Assembly: GCA_900315485.1 (NCBI GenBank) | Contig: OMZI01000025.1 | Coordinates: forward strand, 1,816 to 65,815 | Source: an uncultured Eubacteriales bacterium | GTDB lineage: Bacteria; Bacillota; Clostridia; Peptostreptococcales; Anaerovoracaceae | DNA length: 64,000 nt | Reading direction: 5' to 3' | Shown: one piece after another, positions 8,936 to 18,773 of the stretch | Layout: each line of letters opens with the position of its first letter | How positions within the stretch are numbered: position 1 is the stretch's first letter | The notes under the pieces: model-generated | Seen by the model: the letters and a program-made list of their open reading frames with translations, nothing else | What the model was told of the DNA's origin: nothing | The model's database searches: none | Position numbers and translations under genes: made by a program

Positions 8936-9197
8936 GATGGCGTACTTTTTGGAATAATCCTCGAACTACGCCAAGCAAAACTGGAATAATCAGAGTATTT
9001 ATAGAAAAGTTGGCGTAATCCAAGAGAAAAATCGTCGATTTACGCCAATAAATATAGTGAATTGTCGATTTTAACGACGATAGTGTGACGTAAATACCTA
9101 GAAATGGCTGCAAAAACGCCATGTATAGATACATTTTCAATCTAAACTGAAATTTTCATGGCGTAGATATACGGAAAATGCAGATTATACGCCATAA
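8936..9197. repeat. Degenerate tandem repeat of about 74 bp, 3.6 copies. Each unit starts with the inverted repeat TGGCGTA-N22/23-TACGCCA.
   Basis: Left arms at 8938, 9011, 9086 (TGACGTA) and 9159. Right arms at 8967, 9041, 9115 (AACGCCA) and 9188. AT-rich relative to the flanks. Confidence 0.7.
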
Positions 9198-9242
9198 GCT
9201 GTACTCAGGGTTCCTGAGAAGCATCAAAGCGGAGTAAAGATA

Positions 9243-10754
9243 ATGGCTAAAGTGATAATGATTCAGGGCACCATGTCGAATGCAGGCAAAAGTCTTCTTG
9301 CTGCGGGCCTCTGCCGGATATTCAGGCAGGACGGCTACAGGATCGCTCCGTTCAAGTCTCAGAATATGGCTCTCAACTCCTTCGCCACGAAGGAGGGCCT
9401 TGAGATGGGAAGAGCGCAGGTCGTGCAGGCTGAGGCCGCGGGTATCGAGCCGATGGTGTGCATGAACCCGATCCTTCTGAAGCCGACGGATGACGAGGGC
9501 TCGCAGGTCATCGTCAACGGACGGTCGATAGGCAACATGAAAGCCAGAGACTATTTTGCATATAAGACTCAGCTGATACCTGTAATCAAAGATGCTTTCC
9601 GTAAGCTCGAGGAGATGGCGGACATCATCGTGATCGAGGGGGCGGGTTCGCCTGCTGAGATCAATCTCAAGGAAAACGACATTGTCAACATGGGCCTTGC
9701 TGAGATGGTGGACGCGCCTGTGCTGCTTGTCGGTGACATCGACAGGGGCGGTGTGTTCGCGCAGCTGCTCGGCACTGTGATGCTGCTTGAGGAAAACGAG
9801 AAAGCAAGGATCGGCGGGCTGATCATAAACAAGTTCAGGGGTGATGCGTCACTTCTCGACAGCGGCATCGAGATGCTCGAGGAAAAGGGAGGCATCCCGG
9901 TCGCGGGCGTCGTGCCGTATATGGATATAAAGGTCGAGGATGAGGACTCGCTGTCGGAGAGACTGAGCAACAGAAGAAAGAACAGGACTGCAGGTGCAGG
10001 CGATGGACAGCAGGCCGGCGGGTATATAGATATAGCAGTAATGAGGCTGCCGAAGATATCAAACTTCTCAGACATGGATGTGTTCGAGCAGTTCCCTGAT
10101 GTAGCTGTCAGATATGTCAGCAGGGCAGACGAGGTAGGAAGCCCTGATCTCGTCATCATACCGGGATCGAAGAGCACTATTGCAGACCTCAGATGGCTGA
10201 GAGATACAGGACTCGAAGATGAGATCAGGAGATGCTGCCGCGAAGATATACCGGTCTTCGGGATCTGCGGCGGATACCAGATGCTCGGAGAGGAAGTCTC
10301 CGATCCTGAAGGCGTCGAGGGCGGCGGAAGTATCGAAGGTATCGGGCTGCTGCCGGTCAGGACTGTCCTGGCAGGTGACAAGAGGACCGAGCAGTACACG
10401 GGGAGATTCGGAAAGACCGAAGGAGTATTTGCAGACCTGTCCGGCATTGAGATCGAGGGATACGAGATACACATGGGCAGGACAGAGACTCTTTCCGGTT
10501 TCACATCCGGAGGCACCGGAACTTCATGCGGTAATGTCTACGGCTCATATGTACACGGCATTTTCGACAGAGGTGAAGTGGCTGAGACTGTGGTAAAGGC
10601 TCTGGCGGACAGAAAGGGCATCACTCTCAGCGGATATGATGCCGTGGACCACATGGACTTCAAAGAGAAGGAGTACGACAGGCTCGCGGATATCCTCAGA
10701 CAGTCGCTCGACATGGACAGGATATATGCGATGCTGAGTGACGCGGCGTTCTAG
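9243..10754 (+). CDS. cbiP: Cobyric acid synthase
   Basis: N-terminal [23 protein letters not shown] and glutamine amidotransferase motif [10 protein letters not shown]. Confidence 0.95.
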   Translation: MAKVIMIQGTMSNAGKSLLAAGLCRIFRQDGYRIAPFKSQNMALNSFATKEGLEMGRAQVVQAEAAGIEPMVCMNPILLKPTDDEGSQVIVNGRSIGNMKARDYFAYKTQLIPVIKDAFRKLEEMADIIVIEGAGSPAEINLKENDIVNMGLAEMVDAPVLLVGDIDRGGVFAQLLGTVMLLEENEKARIGGLIINKFRGDASLLDSGIEMLEEKGGIPVAGVVPYMDIKVEDEDSLSERLSNRRKNRTAGAGDGQQAGGYIDIAVMRLPKISNFSDMDVFEQFPDVAVRYVSRADEVGSPDLVIIPGSKSTIADLRWLRDTGLEDEIRRCCREDIPVFGICGGYQMLGEEVSDPEGVEGGGSIEGIGLLPVRTVLAGDKRTEQYTGRFGKTEGVFADLSGIEIEGYEIHMGRTETLSGFTSGGTGTSCGNVYGSYVHGIFDRGEVAETVVKALADRKGITLSGYDAVDHMDFKEKEYDRLADILRQSLDMDRIYAMLSDAAF

Positions 10755-10824
10755 CGGATAAAGGACACGCATTGTCATCGCGAACGGTGCGTGCGACTAT
10801 ATAAAGATTTCAGGAGTATAAACA

Positions 10825-12414
10825 GTGATCAATATCGATCCTTTTAACAAAGAAAGATATGACGAGGTGCGCGCGAAATGGGACAGCGTTGCCAAGCCTC
10901 TTAACAGCCTCGGAAGGTTCGAGGACATAACGGCCAGGATCGGGGCTATCCAGGATACGACGAAGCTGGATATCAGGAAGCGCGCTGTGATCATGATGTG
11001 CGCCGACAATGGTGTCGTCGAGGAAGGTATCAGCCAGTCGGGGCAGGATGTCACGGCGGCGGTCGCCGGATGGATGGGCAGAGGAGAGAGCTCGGTCTGC
11101 AAAATGGCCAGAGTCGCTCATGCGGATACGATACCTGTCGACGTGGGCATCAACATGGACGGGAGCCCGAAAGGTGTGCTCGACCGCAAAGTCATGAAGG
11201 GCACCAGGAATTTTGCACTTGAGCCTGCGATGACGGAGGACGAGTGCATGCAGGCTATCGATGCGGGCATCGATGTCGTCTGCGAATGCAGTGCGAAGGG
11301 CTACAAGCTGCTCGCGACGGGTGAGATGGGCATCGGAAATACGACTACCAGCTCGGCTCTGGCGGCGGCTTTGCTCGGACTCGAGGTCAGCGAGGTCACC
11401 GGAAGGGGCGCAGGGCTCAGCACAGCCGGCCTCAGGAAGAAGATGCAGGTCATCCAGGACGCTCTCGACAGATACTGCCCTGAGGATGACGTGGACATAG
11501 AGAGCCCGGAGTATACATCGCAGATGCTTGCGTGCGTAGGCGGGCTGGATATTGCCGGTATGGCGGGAGTCTTTATCGGCGGCGCTATTTACCACATTCC
11601 GGTCATTATTGACGGTTTTATAAGTGCGGTCGCGGCTCTGGTCGCGGAGAGGCTCGTGCCGGGAACTAAGAACTACATGATCGCTTCGCACATGGGCAAA
11701 GAGCCGGGAATGAAGTTCATCCTCGGGATGCTCGGGCTGGATCCTGTGATCGACGGGATGCTGGCTCTCGGCGAGGGCACCGGCGCTGTGATGCTGATGC
11801 CGATGCTGGATACGGCGCTGTCGCTGTACACGGACGGGCTGAATTTTGCCGAGACAACTGTCACACAATACTATGACTTCGAAGAAAATCCGGAGGGCAA
11901 AATGACGGCTCTCATCATCGGATATCCTGACAGCGGCAAGTCAGCGATCGCGGAGAAGATGGTCACTGAGATGTCAGATCCTGATGAGCGTATCTACCTG
12001 GCTACCATGATCCCGTACGGACAGGAAGGCCGGAACAGGATCGAGAGGCACCGCAAGATGAGAGCGGGCAAGGGCTTCAGGACGATAGAAGCGCCATACG
12101 ATATCTGCGATGCGGTTGCTGCTCTGCGGGACGATGAAACTATCAGGCTTGAGGACTCGACTGTTTTGCTCGAATGCGTATCCAACCTCGTTGCGAACGA
12201 GCTGTTTGAGAGGCATGCGGACAGGGACGAGATGGTCGAGAGGCTGTACACGGACATCCGCCACATAGCTGAGCAGGTGAGGAACCTGGTCATCGTGTCC
12301 AACCACTTTGCGATCGAGGAAGGATTCGACGAGGAGACAAGGATGTACGCGGAGACTCTCGATGTGCTGAATGAGAAGCTCAGCAAATTCGCAGATAATA
12401 CTATTAGGTTATGA
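10825..12414 (+). CDS. cobT: Fusion protein: nicotinate-nucleotide:DMB phosphoribosyltransferase (CobT, aa 1 to about 350) plus adenosylcobinamide kinase/guanylyltransferase (CobU, aa about 360 to 529)
   Basis: GTG start after CAGGAG. CobT motif GEMGIGNTTTSSA. The CobU P-loop IIGYPDSGKS lies in the same uninterrupted frame. Confidence 0.85.
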   Translation: MINIDPFNKERYDEVRAKWDSVAKPLNSLGRFEDITARIGAIQDTTKLDIRKRAVIMMCADNGVVEEGISQSGQDVTAAVAGWMGRGESSVCKMARVAHADTIPVDVGINMDGSPKGVLDRKVMKGTRNFALEPAMTEDECMQAIDAGIDVVCECSAKGYKLLATGEMGIGNTTTSSALAAALLGLEVSEVTGRGAGLSTAGLRKKMQVIQDALDRYCPEDDVDIESPEYTSQMLACVGGLDIAGMAGVFIGGAIYHIPVIIDGFISAVAALVAERLVPGTKNYMIASHMGKEPGMKFILGMLGLDPVIDGMLALGEGTGAVMLMPMLDTALSLYTDGLNFAETTVTQYYDFEENPEGKMTALIIGYPDSGKSAIAEKMVTEMSDPDERIYLATMIPYGQEGRNRIERHRKMRAGKGFRTIEAPYDICDAVAALRDDETIRLEDSTVLLECVSNLVANELFERHADRDEMVERLYTDIRHIAEQVRNLVIVSNHFAIEEGFDEETRMYAETLDVLNEKLSKFADNTIRL

Positions 12415-13196
12415 AACTACTAAGAACTATCGCGGTGACTTTCGCGCTGTACTCGAGAATACCGATGCCGCACTTTGAATGGCGGGACGAAGACATGAAA
12501 TACAGCATGTCTGTCTTTCCGTGGGTCGGAGCTGTGATCGGTCTTGCTTACTGGGCGGTGTTCTATCTCGGCGTGGTGCTTGGGCTGCCGATGGTCGCGG
12601 TATGCATGCTGATGACTGCTGTGCCGCTGATACTGACGGGCGGCTTTCATGTTGACGGGTTCATGGATGTGTCGGATGCTCTCAGCTCTTTTAAGACGAG
12701 GGAGCAGAAGCTTGAGATACTGAAGGACCCGCACATCGGGGCATTTGCAGTGATCAGGCTGTGCATCGCGGGTCTCATATATCTCGCGTCGCTTGCGGTC
12801 GTGCTGGAGTCGGAGAATGCCGGCCGTCTGGTGATATGTCTGGCGGCAGGGTTCTTCCTGGCGAGGGCACTCAGTGCGCTTGGGGTCCTCACGTTCAGGT
12901 CTGCAAGAAATGAAGGCATGCTCTTCTATGAAGCGACGACGGCCGGCGGTGACAGGACTTCCAATCTCGTGATAACGGGGCTGCAGATAGCTGCCGCTGC
13001 CGCGATCATGACATACATAGGATTTCCGGCTGGGACGCTGATGGTGCTTGCCGCCATCGCGGCTTTTGCCTGGTACAAGTATAAGAGCTATAAGGAATTC
13101 GGCGGTATCACGGGCGACACGGCAGGGTGGTTCGTGACCGTGTGCGAGGTTGCAATGACAGTTGCTGCGGCATTAGCGGCAGTGTTGATGGGATAA
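12411..13196 (+). CDS. cobS: Adenosylcobinamide-GDP ribazoletransferase (cobalamin synthase)
   Basis: ATGA overlap with the upstream gene. Polytopic membrane protein with the motif GGFHVDGFMDVSDAL. Confidence 0.9.
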   Translation: MKLLRTIAVTFALYSRIPMPHFEWRDEDMKYSMSVFPWVGAVIGLAYWAVFYLGVVLGLPMVAVCMLMTAVPLILTGGFHVDGFMDVSDALSSFKTREQKLEILKDPHIGAFAVIRLCIAGLIYLASLAVVLESENAGRLVICLAAGFFLARALSALGVLTFRSARNEGMLFYEATTAGGDRTSNLVITGLQIAAAAAIMTYIGFPAGTLMVLAAIAAFAWYKYKSYKEFGGITGDTAGWFVTVCEVAMTVAAALAAVLMG

Positions 13197-13197
13197 A

Positions 13198-13905
13198 ATG
13201 ATAGTAACTGTAATCAGGCATGGCAGGACACAAGGGAATACGGAGCGCAGGTATGCGGGCGCGAGGACGGATGAGGGCCTGTCGGCTGAAGGAAGGGCGG
13301 AGCTCGCTGTGTTCGGCTGTGCGGAAGAGGTGCCCGGATGCATAGATGATGTGAGCTGCTCGGGCAAAGTGCTTATCGTCACGAGTCCGATGAAGAGGGC
13401 TGTAGAGACTGCTGAGATCATGTTCCCGTGGTGTACTGATCGTGTGACAGTTGATGAGCTCCGCGAGACGGACTTCGGCATCTTCGAGGGCAAAACGTAC
13501 GAGGAACTCAGCAGCGATCCGGAGCGCCGTGATGCGTATCAGGCGTGGATCGACAGCGGCGGGCTGGCGAAGATCCCGGGCGGCGAGAGTATGGAGGAGG
13601 CCCGCGCAAGAAGTGTCGATGGTTTCAGGAAGGCGGTCATGGCGGCGTTCGGGAAATGGAAAGCCGGACGCAGGGATGCAGTGACCGAAGGCGGCAGTGG
13701 AGATGCCGCGGAAGAATGCGCGCTCATTATTGTAGCTCACGGCGGCACGGTGATGTCGGTGATGAGCAGCCTCTTCGGAGGAGATTATTATGACTATTAC
13801 ACCGGAAACGGTGAAGGATATACATTCAGACTGGAGGTAGACGATGCAGGAGATATCACTGCTGCAGGCACATATGATCGCTTTTGCGGCAGGGTTCGTG
13901 CTTGA
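13198..13905 (+). CDS. cobC: Alpha-ribazole phosphatase (histidine phosphatase family)
   Basis: RHG motif (VIRHGRTQGN) and position inside the nucleotide-loop gene set. Confidence 0.8.
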   Translation: MIVTVIRHGRTQGNTERRYAGARTDEGLSAEGRAELAVFGCAEEVPGCIDDVSCSGKVLIVTSPMKRAVETAEIMFPWCTDRVTVDELRETDFGIFEGKTYEELSSDPERRDAYQAWIDSGGLAKIPGGESMEEARARSVDGFRKAVMAAFGKWKAGRRDAVTEGGSGDAAEECALIIVAHGGTVMSVMSSLFGGDYYDYYTGNGEGYTFRLEVDDAGDITAAGTYDRFCGRVRA

Positions 13906-14857
13906 TCTCATAATAGGCGACCCGCACTGGATGCCGCATCCGGTCAGGTGGATCGGGAACCTGATAGGCGCGCTCGACAGCATCCTGCTCGGCAGGCTGC
14001 CTGCAGATGACCCCAACAGCGAGCTCAGGAATCCGGCCGATGAGAAGCGCGCCGGAACGATGCTGGTGCTCTGCGTGGTCGTTGTCACAGCACTCGTTAC
14101 ACTGATCGTCATGGGTTTTGCGTATAAAGCGCACATTGTCTGCGGTATCGTCGTCGAGGCGGTGCTGACATGCTACCTCCTGGCGATGACGAGCCTGAGG
14201 CGCGAGAGCATGCATGTCTACAAGGCTTTGCTCACGGGCAATCCGACGGCGTCGAGGCAGGCTGTGTCCATGATCGTCGGAAGGAATGTGGCTGTGCTCG
14301 ATGAAGAGGGAGTGACCAAAGCGGCAGTCGAGACGGTCGCTGAGAACTTCTCGGATGGTGTCATGGCGCCGATGATATACGCGGCGATCGGCGGGCCGAT
14401 TCTGGGGCTTACGTACAAAGCGATAAATACGATGGATTCGATGGTCGGCTACAGGAACGACAGGTATATGTGGTTCGGGGCTCCGGCCGCGCACCTTGAT
14501 GACATAGTCAACTACATTCCGGCGAGGATAAGCGCTTTGCTCCTGATAGCTGCGAGCGCCATTGCCGGAAAGGAATTCAGCGCGCCGGGGGCTTACCGCA
14601 TCTGGAAGCGCGACAGGTTCAACCACAAGAGCCCGAATGCGGCTCAGACTGAGAGCGCGGCCGCCGGTTCGCTGGGGCTGCAGCTGGCAGGTGATGCGCA
14701 GTACTTCGGAAAGATAGTGCACAAAAAGACGATCGGGGACGCGGTGAGGCCGATCGAGTTTGAGGATATAAAGAGAGTAAATAAGCTGATGGTGATCGCT
14801 TCGTTCATGGGCATGATCGTATGCCTGGGAGTGATGGTGCTGGTCAACGCTTTGTAA
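13844..14857 (+). CDS. cbiB: Adenosylcobinamide-phosphate synthase
   Basis: GGAGGT RBS. Motif GDPHWMPHPVRWIGNLI. Membrane protein. Overlaps the cobC 3' end by 62 nt. Confidence 0.9.
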   Translation: MQEISLLQAHMIAFAAGFVLDLIIGDPHWMPHPVRWIGNLIGALDSILLGRLPADDPNSELRNPADEKRAGTMLVLCVVVVTALVTLIVMGFAYKAHIVCGIVVEAVLTCYLLAMTSLRRESMHVYKALLTGNPTASRQAVSMIVGRNVAVLDEEGVTKAAVETVAENFSDGVMAPMIYAAIGGPILGLTYKAINTMDSMVGYRNDRYMWFGAPAAHLDDIVNYIPARISALLLIAASAIAGKEFSAPGAYRIWKRDRFNHKSPNAAQTESAAAGSLGLQLAGDAQYFGKIVHKKTIGDAVRPIEFEDIKRVNKLMVIASFMGMIVCLGVMVLVNAL

Positions 14858-14919
14858 AACGGTGAACGGTACTGACTTCGAAAGATCCTCAATGACAATA
14901 GATAATAAACACATAGAAA

Positions 14920-16032
14920 ATGGGGAGCGGAAAAGAAAAAGTGGTCATGAATAACGGGGCCGGATGCAGCGGCATAGTTCATGGTGGTGACATCTACAGA
15001 AATAATGTCACGCTCGACTTTTCCGTGAATCTGAATCCGGAGCCGGCACCTGAAGAGATAATGACTGCGGCTCTCAGGGGGCTCGAGCTGATGCACAACT
15101 ACCCGGATCCTCTGCAGGAGGAACTGAGGGCGGCTATCGGAGAGATGACAGGCGCAGCGGCGGAGGATGTAGTATGCGGCTGCGGGGCTTCTGAACTCAT
15201 GATGGCGACGGTGCATGCCGTGCAGCCGAAGAAGGCGCTCATTGCTGCGCCGTGCTATGCTGGATACGGATATGCACTGAGGGCTTCGGGAGCTGATGTG
15301 ACCGAGTATGCGCTCAGAGAAGAAAAGGATTTTGCTCTTGATGCGGGATTCGCTGACTGCATCACCGAGGACACGGACATTGTTTTCATCGCGAATCCGA
15401 ACAACCCGAACGGAAGGCTGATCGAGCCGGAGGTGCTGAATGGCATTAAGAGAAAGTGCGCTGAGACAGGCACAGTGCTTGTGATCGACGAGTGCTTTCT
15501 GCAGCTGACGGAGAGGTATGCGGAGCAGCCGGATACTTCGGACGGGGCGGTGCACCTGAGAGCTTTCACCAAGACTTTTGCCATACCGGGCATACGCATG
15601 GGATACATGGTGTGCGGCGACATGGAGCTGACGGCTGAGGTCAGGAAGCATCTGCCGGAGTGGAATATTTCGGCGATCGCTGAGAGGATAGGGATCGCGG
15701 CGGCGAAGGTCATAAGCGGCACGGGATATCTTGAGAAGTCCAATGCTGCGATCGCAAGGGAACGGAGCTACCTGGAAAAGGGGATCAGAGAGCTCGGGAT
15801 CAGGGTGTATCCGAGTGACACGAACTACCTGCTTCTGAGACAGGAGAACGAAATAGGCGACAAGCTGCCGGGGTCAGGAAACGGACTGTATGACAGGCTG
15901 CTTGAGAAGGGCATTCTCGTCAGAAGATGTGCTAATTACCACGGGCTGGATGAGAGCTATTTCAGGATCGCTGTCAGACGGCACGAAGATAATGAGAAGC
16001 TGCTGGCGGCGCTCGAGGAGATACTCAGATAG
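14920..16032 (+). CDS. cobD: L-threonine-O-3-phosphate decarboxylase (class I/II aminotransferase fold)
   Basis: Motifs HGGDIY, NPNNPNG and FTKTFAIPGIRMGY. The start is ambiguous (14920, GTG 14941 or ATG 14947). Confidence 0.85.
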   Translation: MGSGKEKVVMNNGAGCSGIVHGGDIYRNNVTLDFSVNLNPEPAPEEIMTAALRGLELMHNYPDPLQEELRAAIGEMTGAAAEDVVCGCGASELMMATVHAVQPKKALIAAPCYAGYGYALRASGADVTEYALREEKDFALDAGFADCITEDTDIVFIANPNNPNGRLIEPEVLNGIKRKCAETGTVLVIDECFLQLTERYAEQPDTSDGAVHLRAFTKTFAIPGIRMGYMVCGDMELTAEVRKHLPEWNISAIAERIGIAAAKVISGTGYLEKSNAAIARERSYLEKGIRELGIRVYPSDTNYLLLRQENEIGDKLPGSGNGLYDRLLEKGILVRRCANYHGLDESYFRIAVRRHEDNEKLLAALEEILR

Positions 16033-16114
16033 AAAAACACAGTAATAACGGGCGGGAAACTGCACTCAGGACATGAGCCTGAGGGAAAGGCGTCCATATA
16101 ATTGAGGGAATAAA

Positions 16115-16750
16115 ATGATAGAACACGTACTTCCGGGCGACATTGAGAAGAGGAGCATGGAGATCATTGGCGAGGAGCTTGCGGCGAGAGGCATCACTCT
16201 CGATCCGGAGCAGGACCCGGTGATCAGAAGGGCTATACATACATCGGCGGATTTTGACTACGCGGAGACGCTGACTTTTTCGGAAGGTGCAGTGGGCAAA
16301 GCGCGCGATCTCATCAGAGCCGGTGCGCTCATCGTGACTGACACCAACATGGCTCTGACCGGGATCAACAAGAAGAGGATCGCGGCGTTCGGCGGAGAGG
16401 TCAGGTGCTATATGGCGGACGAGGATGTGGCGCGCGAAGCTAAGGAGCGCGGTATCACAAGGGCTTCTGTAAGCATGGAGCACGCTGCTGCGGATATTCT
16501 GGCGAGCGGACGCAAAACGGTTTTCGCTGTCGGCAATGCTCCGACGGCTCTCATAACGCTGAGAAACATGTATGACGAGGGAAGGTTCACACCGGACTTC
16601 ATCATCGGCGTGCCTGTGGGATTTGTCAACGTAGTCGAAGCCAAGGAGCTGATACTTGAAGCGGAGATCCCGCATATAGTCAACAGGGGCAGAAAGGGCG
16701 GAAGCAATGTGGCCGCCGCAATCGTGAATGCTCTTGTATACGGGATGTAG
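16115..16750 (+). CDS. cbiC: Cobalt-precorrin-8 methylmutase
   Basis: Motifs RAIHTSADFD, VGNAPTAL and GGSNVAAAIVNAL. Confidence 0.9.
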   Translation: MIEHVLPGDIEKRSMEIIGEELAARGITLDPEQDPVIRRAIHTSADFDYAETLTFSEGAVGKARDLIRAGALIVTDTNMALTGINKKRIAAFGGEVRCYMADEDVAREAKERGITRASVSMEHAAADILASGRKTVFAVGNAPTALITLRNMYDEGRFTPDFIIGVPVGFVNVVEAKELILEAEIPHIVNRGRKGGSNVAAAIVNALVYGM

Positions 16751-16796
16751 TTGGCAGACTATGAAGGGGCTCAGCTCCTAAATATAAGGAAACATA

Positions 16797-17987
16797 ATGG
16801 CAGAACTCAGAAAAGGATTCACAACAGGAAGCTGTGCGGCGGCCGCTGCGAAGGCTGCATGCAGGATGCTCCTCTCGGGAAGTGAAGTGGACAGGATATC
16901 CGTCATCACGCCTAAGGGGCCGACTTTTGATGCTGAGATCCTGAATACTGAGAGGACTGCAGGATATGTAAAGTGCGCGGTGCGTAAGGACGGGGGCGAT
17001 GACCCGGATATCACGACAGGGGCACTTATAGAGGCAGAGGTGAGATTCGCAGGCGCGGAAGAGTGCACTCAAGCTGAATGTACCGGGGCGGATGCGAACA
17101 AGAAGGCTGAGTGCGCCGGATCAGAAGCAGCACCGCGCGTCATCATAAAGGGCGGCAAGGGTGTCGGCCGTGTCACAAGGCCGGGCCTCGACCAGCCTGT
17201 GGGAGAAGCCGCCATCAACTCGGTCCCGCGGGAAATGATCACGCGCGAAGTCACTGAGGTTCTCGACATGTTCGACTGCAGTGAGGCAGTAACTGTGACA
17301 ATATCGGTACCTGAGGGAGAGGAGCTCGCTTTGCACACATTCAACCCGAGGCTCGGGATCGAAGGCGGGATATCCATAATCGGGACATCCGGCGTGGTAG
17401 AGCCGATGAGCAGGCAGGCGATCCTCGATACGATAAAGGTCGAGCTGAGGCAGAAGAGGGCCGAGGGGCACGACATCGCTTTCATATCCCCGGGCAATTA
17501 CGGACTCGATTTCATGAAAGAGACTTACGACGTCGACCTCGACAGGAGCGTCAAGTGCAGCAATTTTGTCGGCGAGACCATCGACATGATATGCGAGCTC
17601 GGGTTCAGCGGGATGCTGCTGACGGGACACATCGGCAAGCTGGTCAAAGTCGCGGGCGGCATCATGAACACTCACTCGCGCGAGGCTGACTGCAGGATGG
17701 AGATAATCGCTGCGGCCGCGGTCAGAGAGGGCGCGGACACAGAGGTGCTCGGGCGGATATTCGACTGCCTGACGACGGAGGAGGCCTACGGAATTCTCTA
17801 TGAGGTGGGCCTGGCTGAGAAGGTGTCTCAGCGGATCATGGACCGCATAATGTATAACCTTGACAGAAGGGCCGGCGGGAGGCTCGACATTGGCTGCATC
17901 GTGTATTCGAAGGAGTACGGGCAGCTTGCGGCTTCGGACAGAGCCGCCGGAATGATAGAAGAGAACAGGAATAAGTGGAATGGATAA
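16797..17987 (+). CDS. cbiD: Cobalt-precorrin-5B (C1)-methyltransferase
   Basis: Motifs LRKGFTTGSCAAAAAKAA and GGISIIGTSGVVEPMS. Confidence 0.9.
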   Translation: MAELRKGFTTGSCAAAAAKAACRMLLSGSEVDRISVITPKGPTFDAEILNTERTAGYVKCAVRKDGGDDPDITTGALIEAEVRFAGAEECTQAECTGADANKKAECAGSEAAPRVIIKGGKGVGRVTRPGLDQPVGEAAINSVPREMITREVTEVLDMFDCSEAVTVTISVPEGEELALHTFNPRLGIEGGISIIGTSGVVEPMSRQAILDTIKVELRQKRAEGHDIAFISPGNYGLDFMKETYDVDLDRSVKCSNFVGETIDMICELGFSGMLLTGHIGKLVKVAGGIMNTHSREADCRMEIIAAAAVREGADTEVLGRIFDCLTTEEAYGILYEVGLAEKVSQRIMDRIMYNLDRRAGGRLDIGCIVYSKEYGQLAASDRAAGMIEENRNKWNG

Positions 17988-18768
17988 GATGCAGAATACA
18001 GCACAGGTATATTTCGTAGGCGCCGGCCCGGGAGCGGCCGACCTCATCACGGTAAGAGGCATGAAGCTGATCGGACAGGCTGACATAGTCATCTATGCGG
18101 GCTCTCTCGTCAACCCTGCTCTGCTTGACTATGCGCATGAAGGAGCTGAGATCCACAACAGCGCGCACATGACCCTCGAGCAGGTCCTCGATGTGATGAA
18201 GGATGCAGCAGCAGCGGGCAAAACAGTATGCCGCCTTCATACCGGCGATCCGAGTCTGTACGGTGCAGTGAGAGAGCAGATGGACGCCCTCGACGAGATG
18301 GGCATCACTTATGAATCGTGCCCAGGCGTCACCGCGGCATTCGGAGCGGCAGCTTCGATGGACATTGAGTACACTTTGCCCGGAATATCCCAGTCACTCA
18401 TCTTTACGAGAATGGCAGGCCGCACCGACGTGCCAGAGAAGGAGAGCATAGAGAGCTGGGCGGCTCACAGAGCGAGCATGGCAATATATCTCAGCACGGG
18501 AATGCTCGAAGAGCTGTCGCGCAGGCTGATCGCGGGCGGCTACGAGGCGGATACGCCGGCAGCCATTATTTACAAAGCGACCTGGCCTGAAGAGGAATTC
18601 TATTACTGCAGAGTCGATGAGCTGGCAGCCACAGCGGCAGCGCATGGAATAACGAAGACAGCTCTGGTGCTCGTGGGCGATGTTCTCGCCAAGAGCATGG
18701 CCGGATACGGGAAATCGAAGCTGTACGACAAGACCTTCTCGACGGAATTCAGGGCTGCCGAAGAGTAG
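17980..18768 (+). CDS. cbiF: Cobalt-precorrin-4 C11-methyltransferase
   Basis: Motifs VYFVGAGPGAADLITVRG and RLHTGDPSLYGA. Confidence 0.9.
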   Translation: MDKMQNTAQVYFVGAGPGAADLITVRGMKLIGQADIVIYAGSLVNPALLDYAHEGAEIHNSAHMTLEQVLDVMKDAAAAGKTVCRLHTGDPSLYGAVREQMDALDEMGITYESCPGVTAAFGAAASMDIEYTLPGISQSLIFTRMAGRTDVPEKESIESWAAHRASMAIYLSTGMLEELSRRLIAGGYEADTPAAIIYKATWPEEEFYYCRVDELAATAAAHGITKTALVLVGDVLAKSMAGYGKSKLYDKTFSTEFRAAEE

Positions 18769-18773
18769 CTGAT

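Noticed and set aside
8565-9140. 191-aa minus-strand ORF spanning the 3' end of the ABC ATPase gene and the 74-bp repeat array.
   Set aside because: Half of it is antisense to a well-supported gene. The rest is translation of AT-rich repeats. It has no RBS and no recognisable domain.
8936-9197. CRISPR array hypothesis for the two tandem-repeat regions (8936..9197 and 18774..18966).
   Set aside because: The units are degenerate over their whole length and do not alternate conserved repeats of 25-40 bp with unique spacers. There are only about 3.6 copies. There are no cas genes in the window. Both arrays lie inside an operon.
10810-11868. Long antisense ORFs in the track, for example 774..1685, 5883..6956, 10810..11868, 13108..14136, 13856..14914, 14644..15651, 21494..22921 and 28261..29688, all on the minus strand.
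   Set aside because: Each lies fully opposite a + strand gene with strong family motifs. Their translations are low-complexity and rich in R/S/H/L, and they lack recognisable motifs or RBS. This is typical shadow-ORF behaviour in GC-biased coding DNA.
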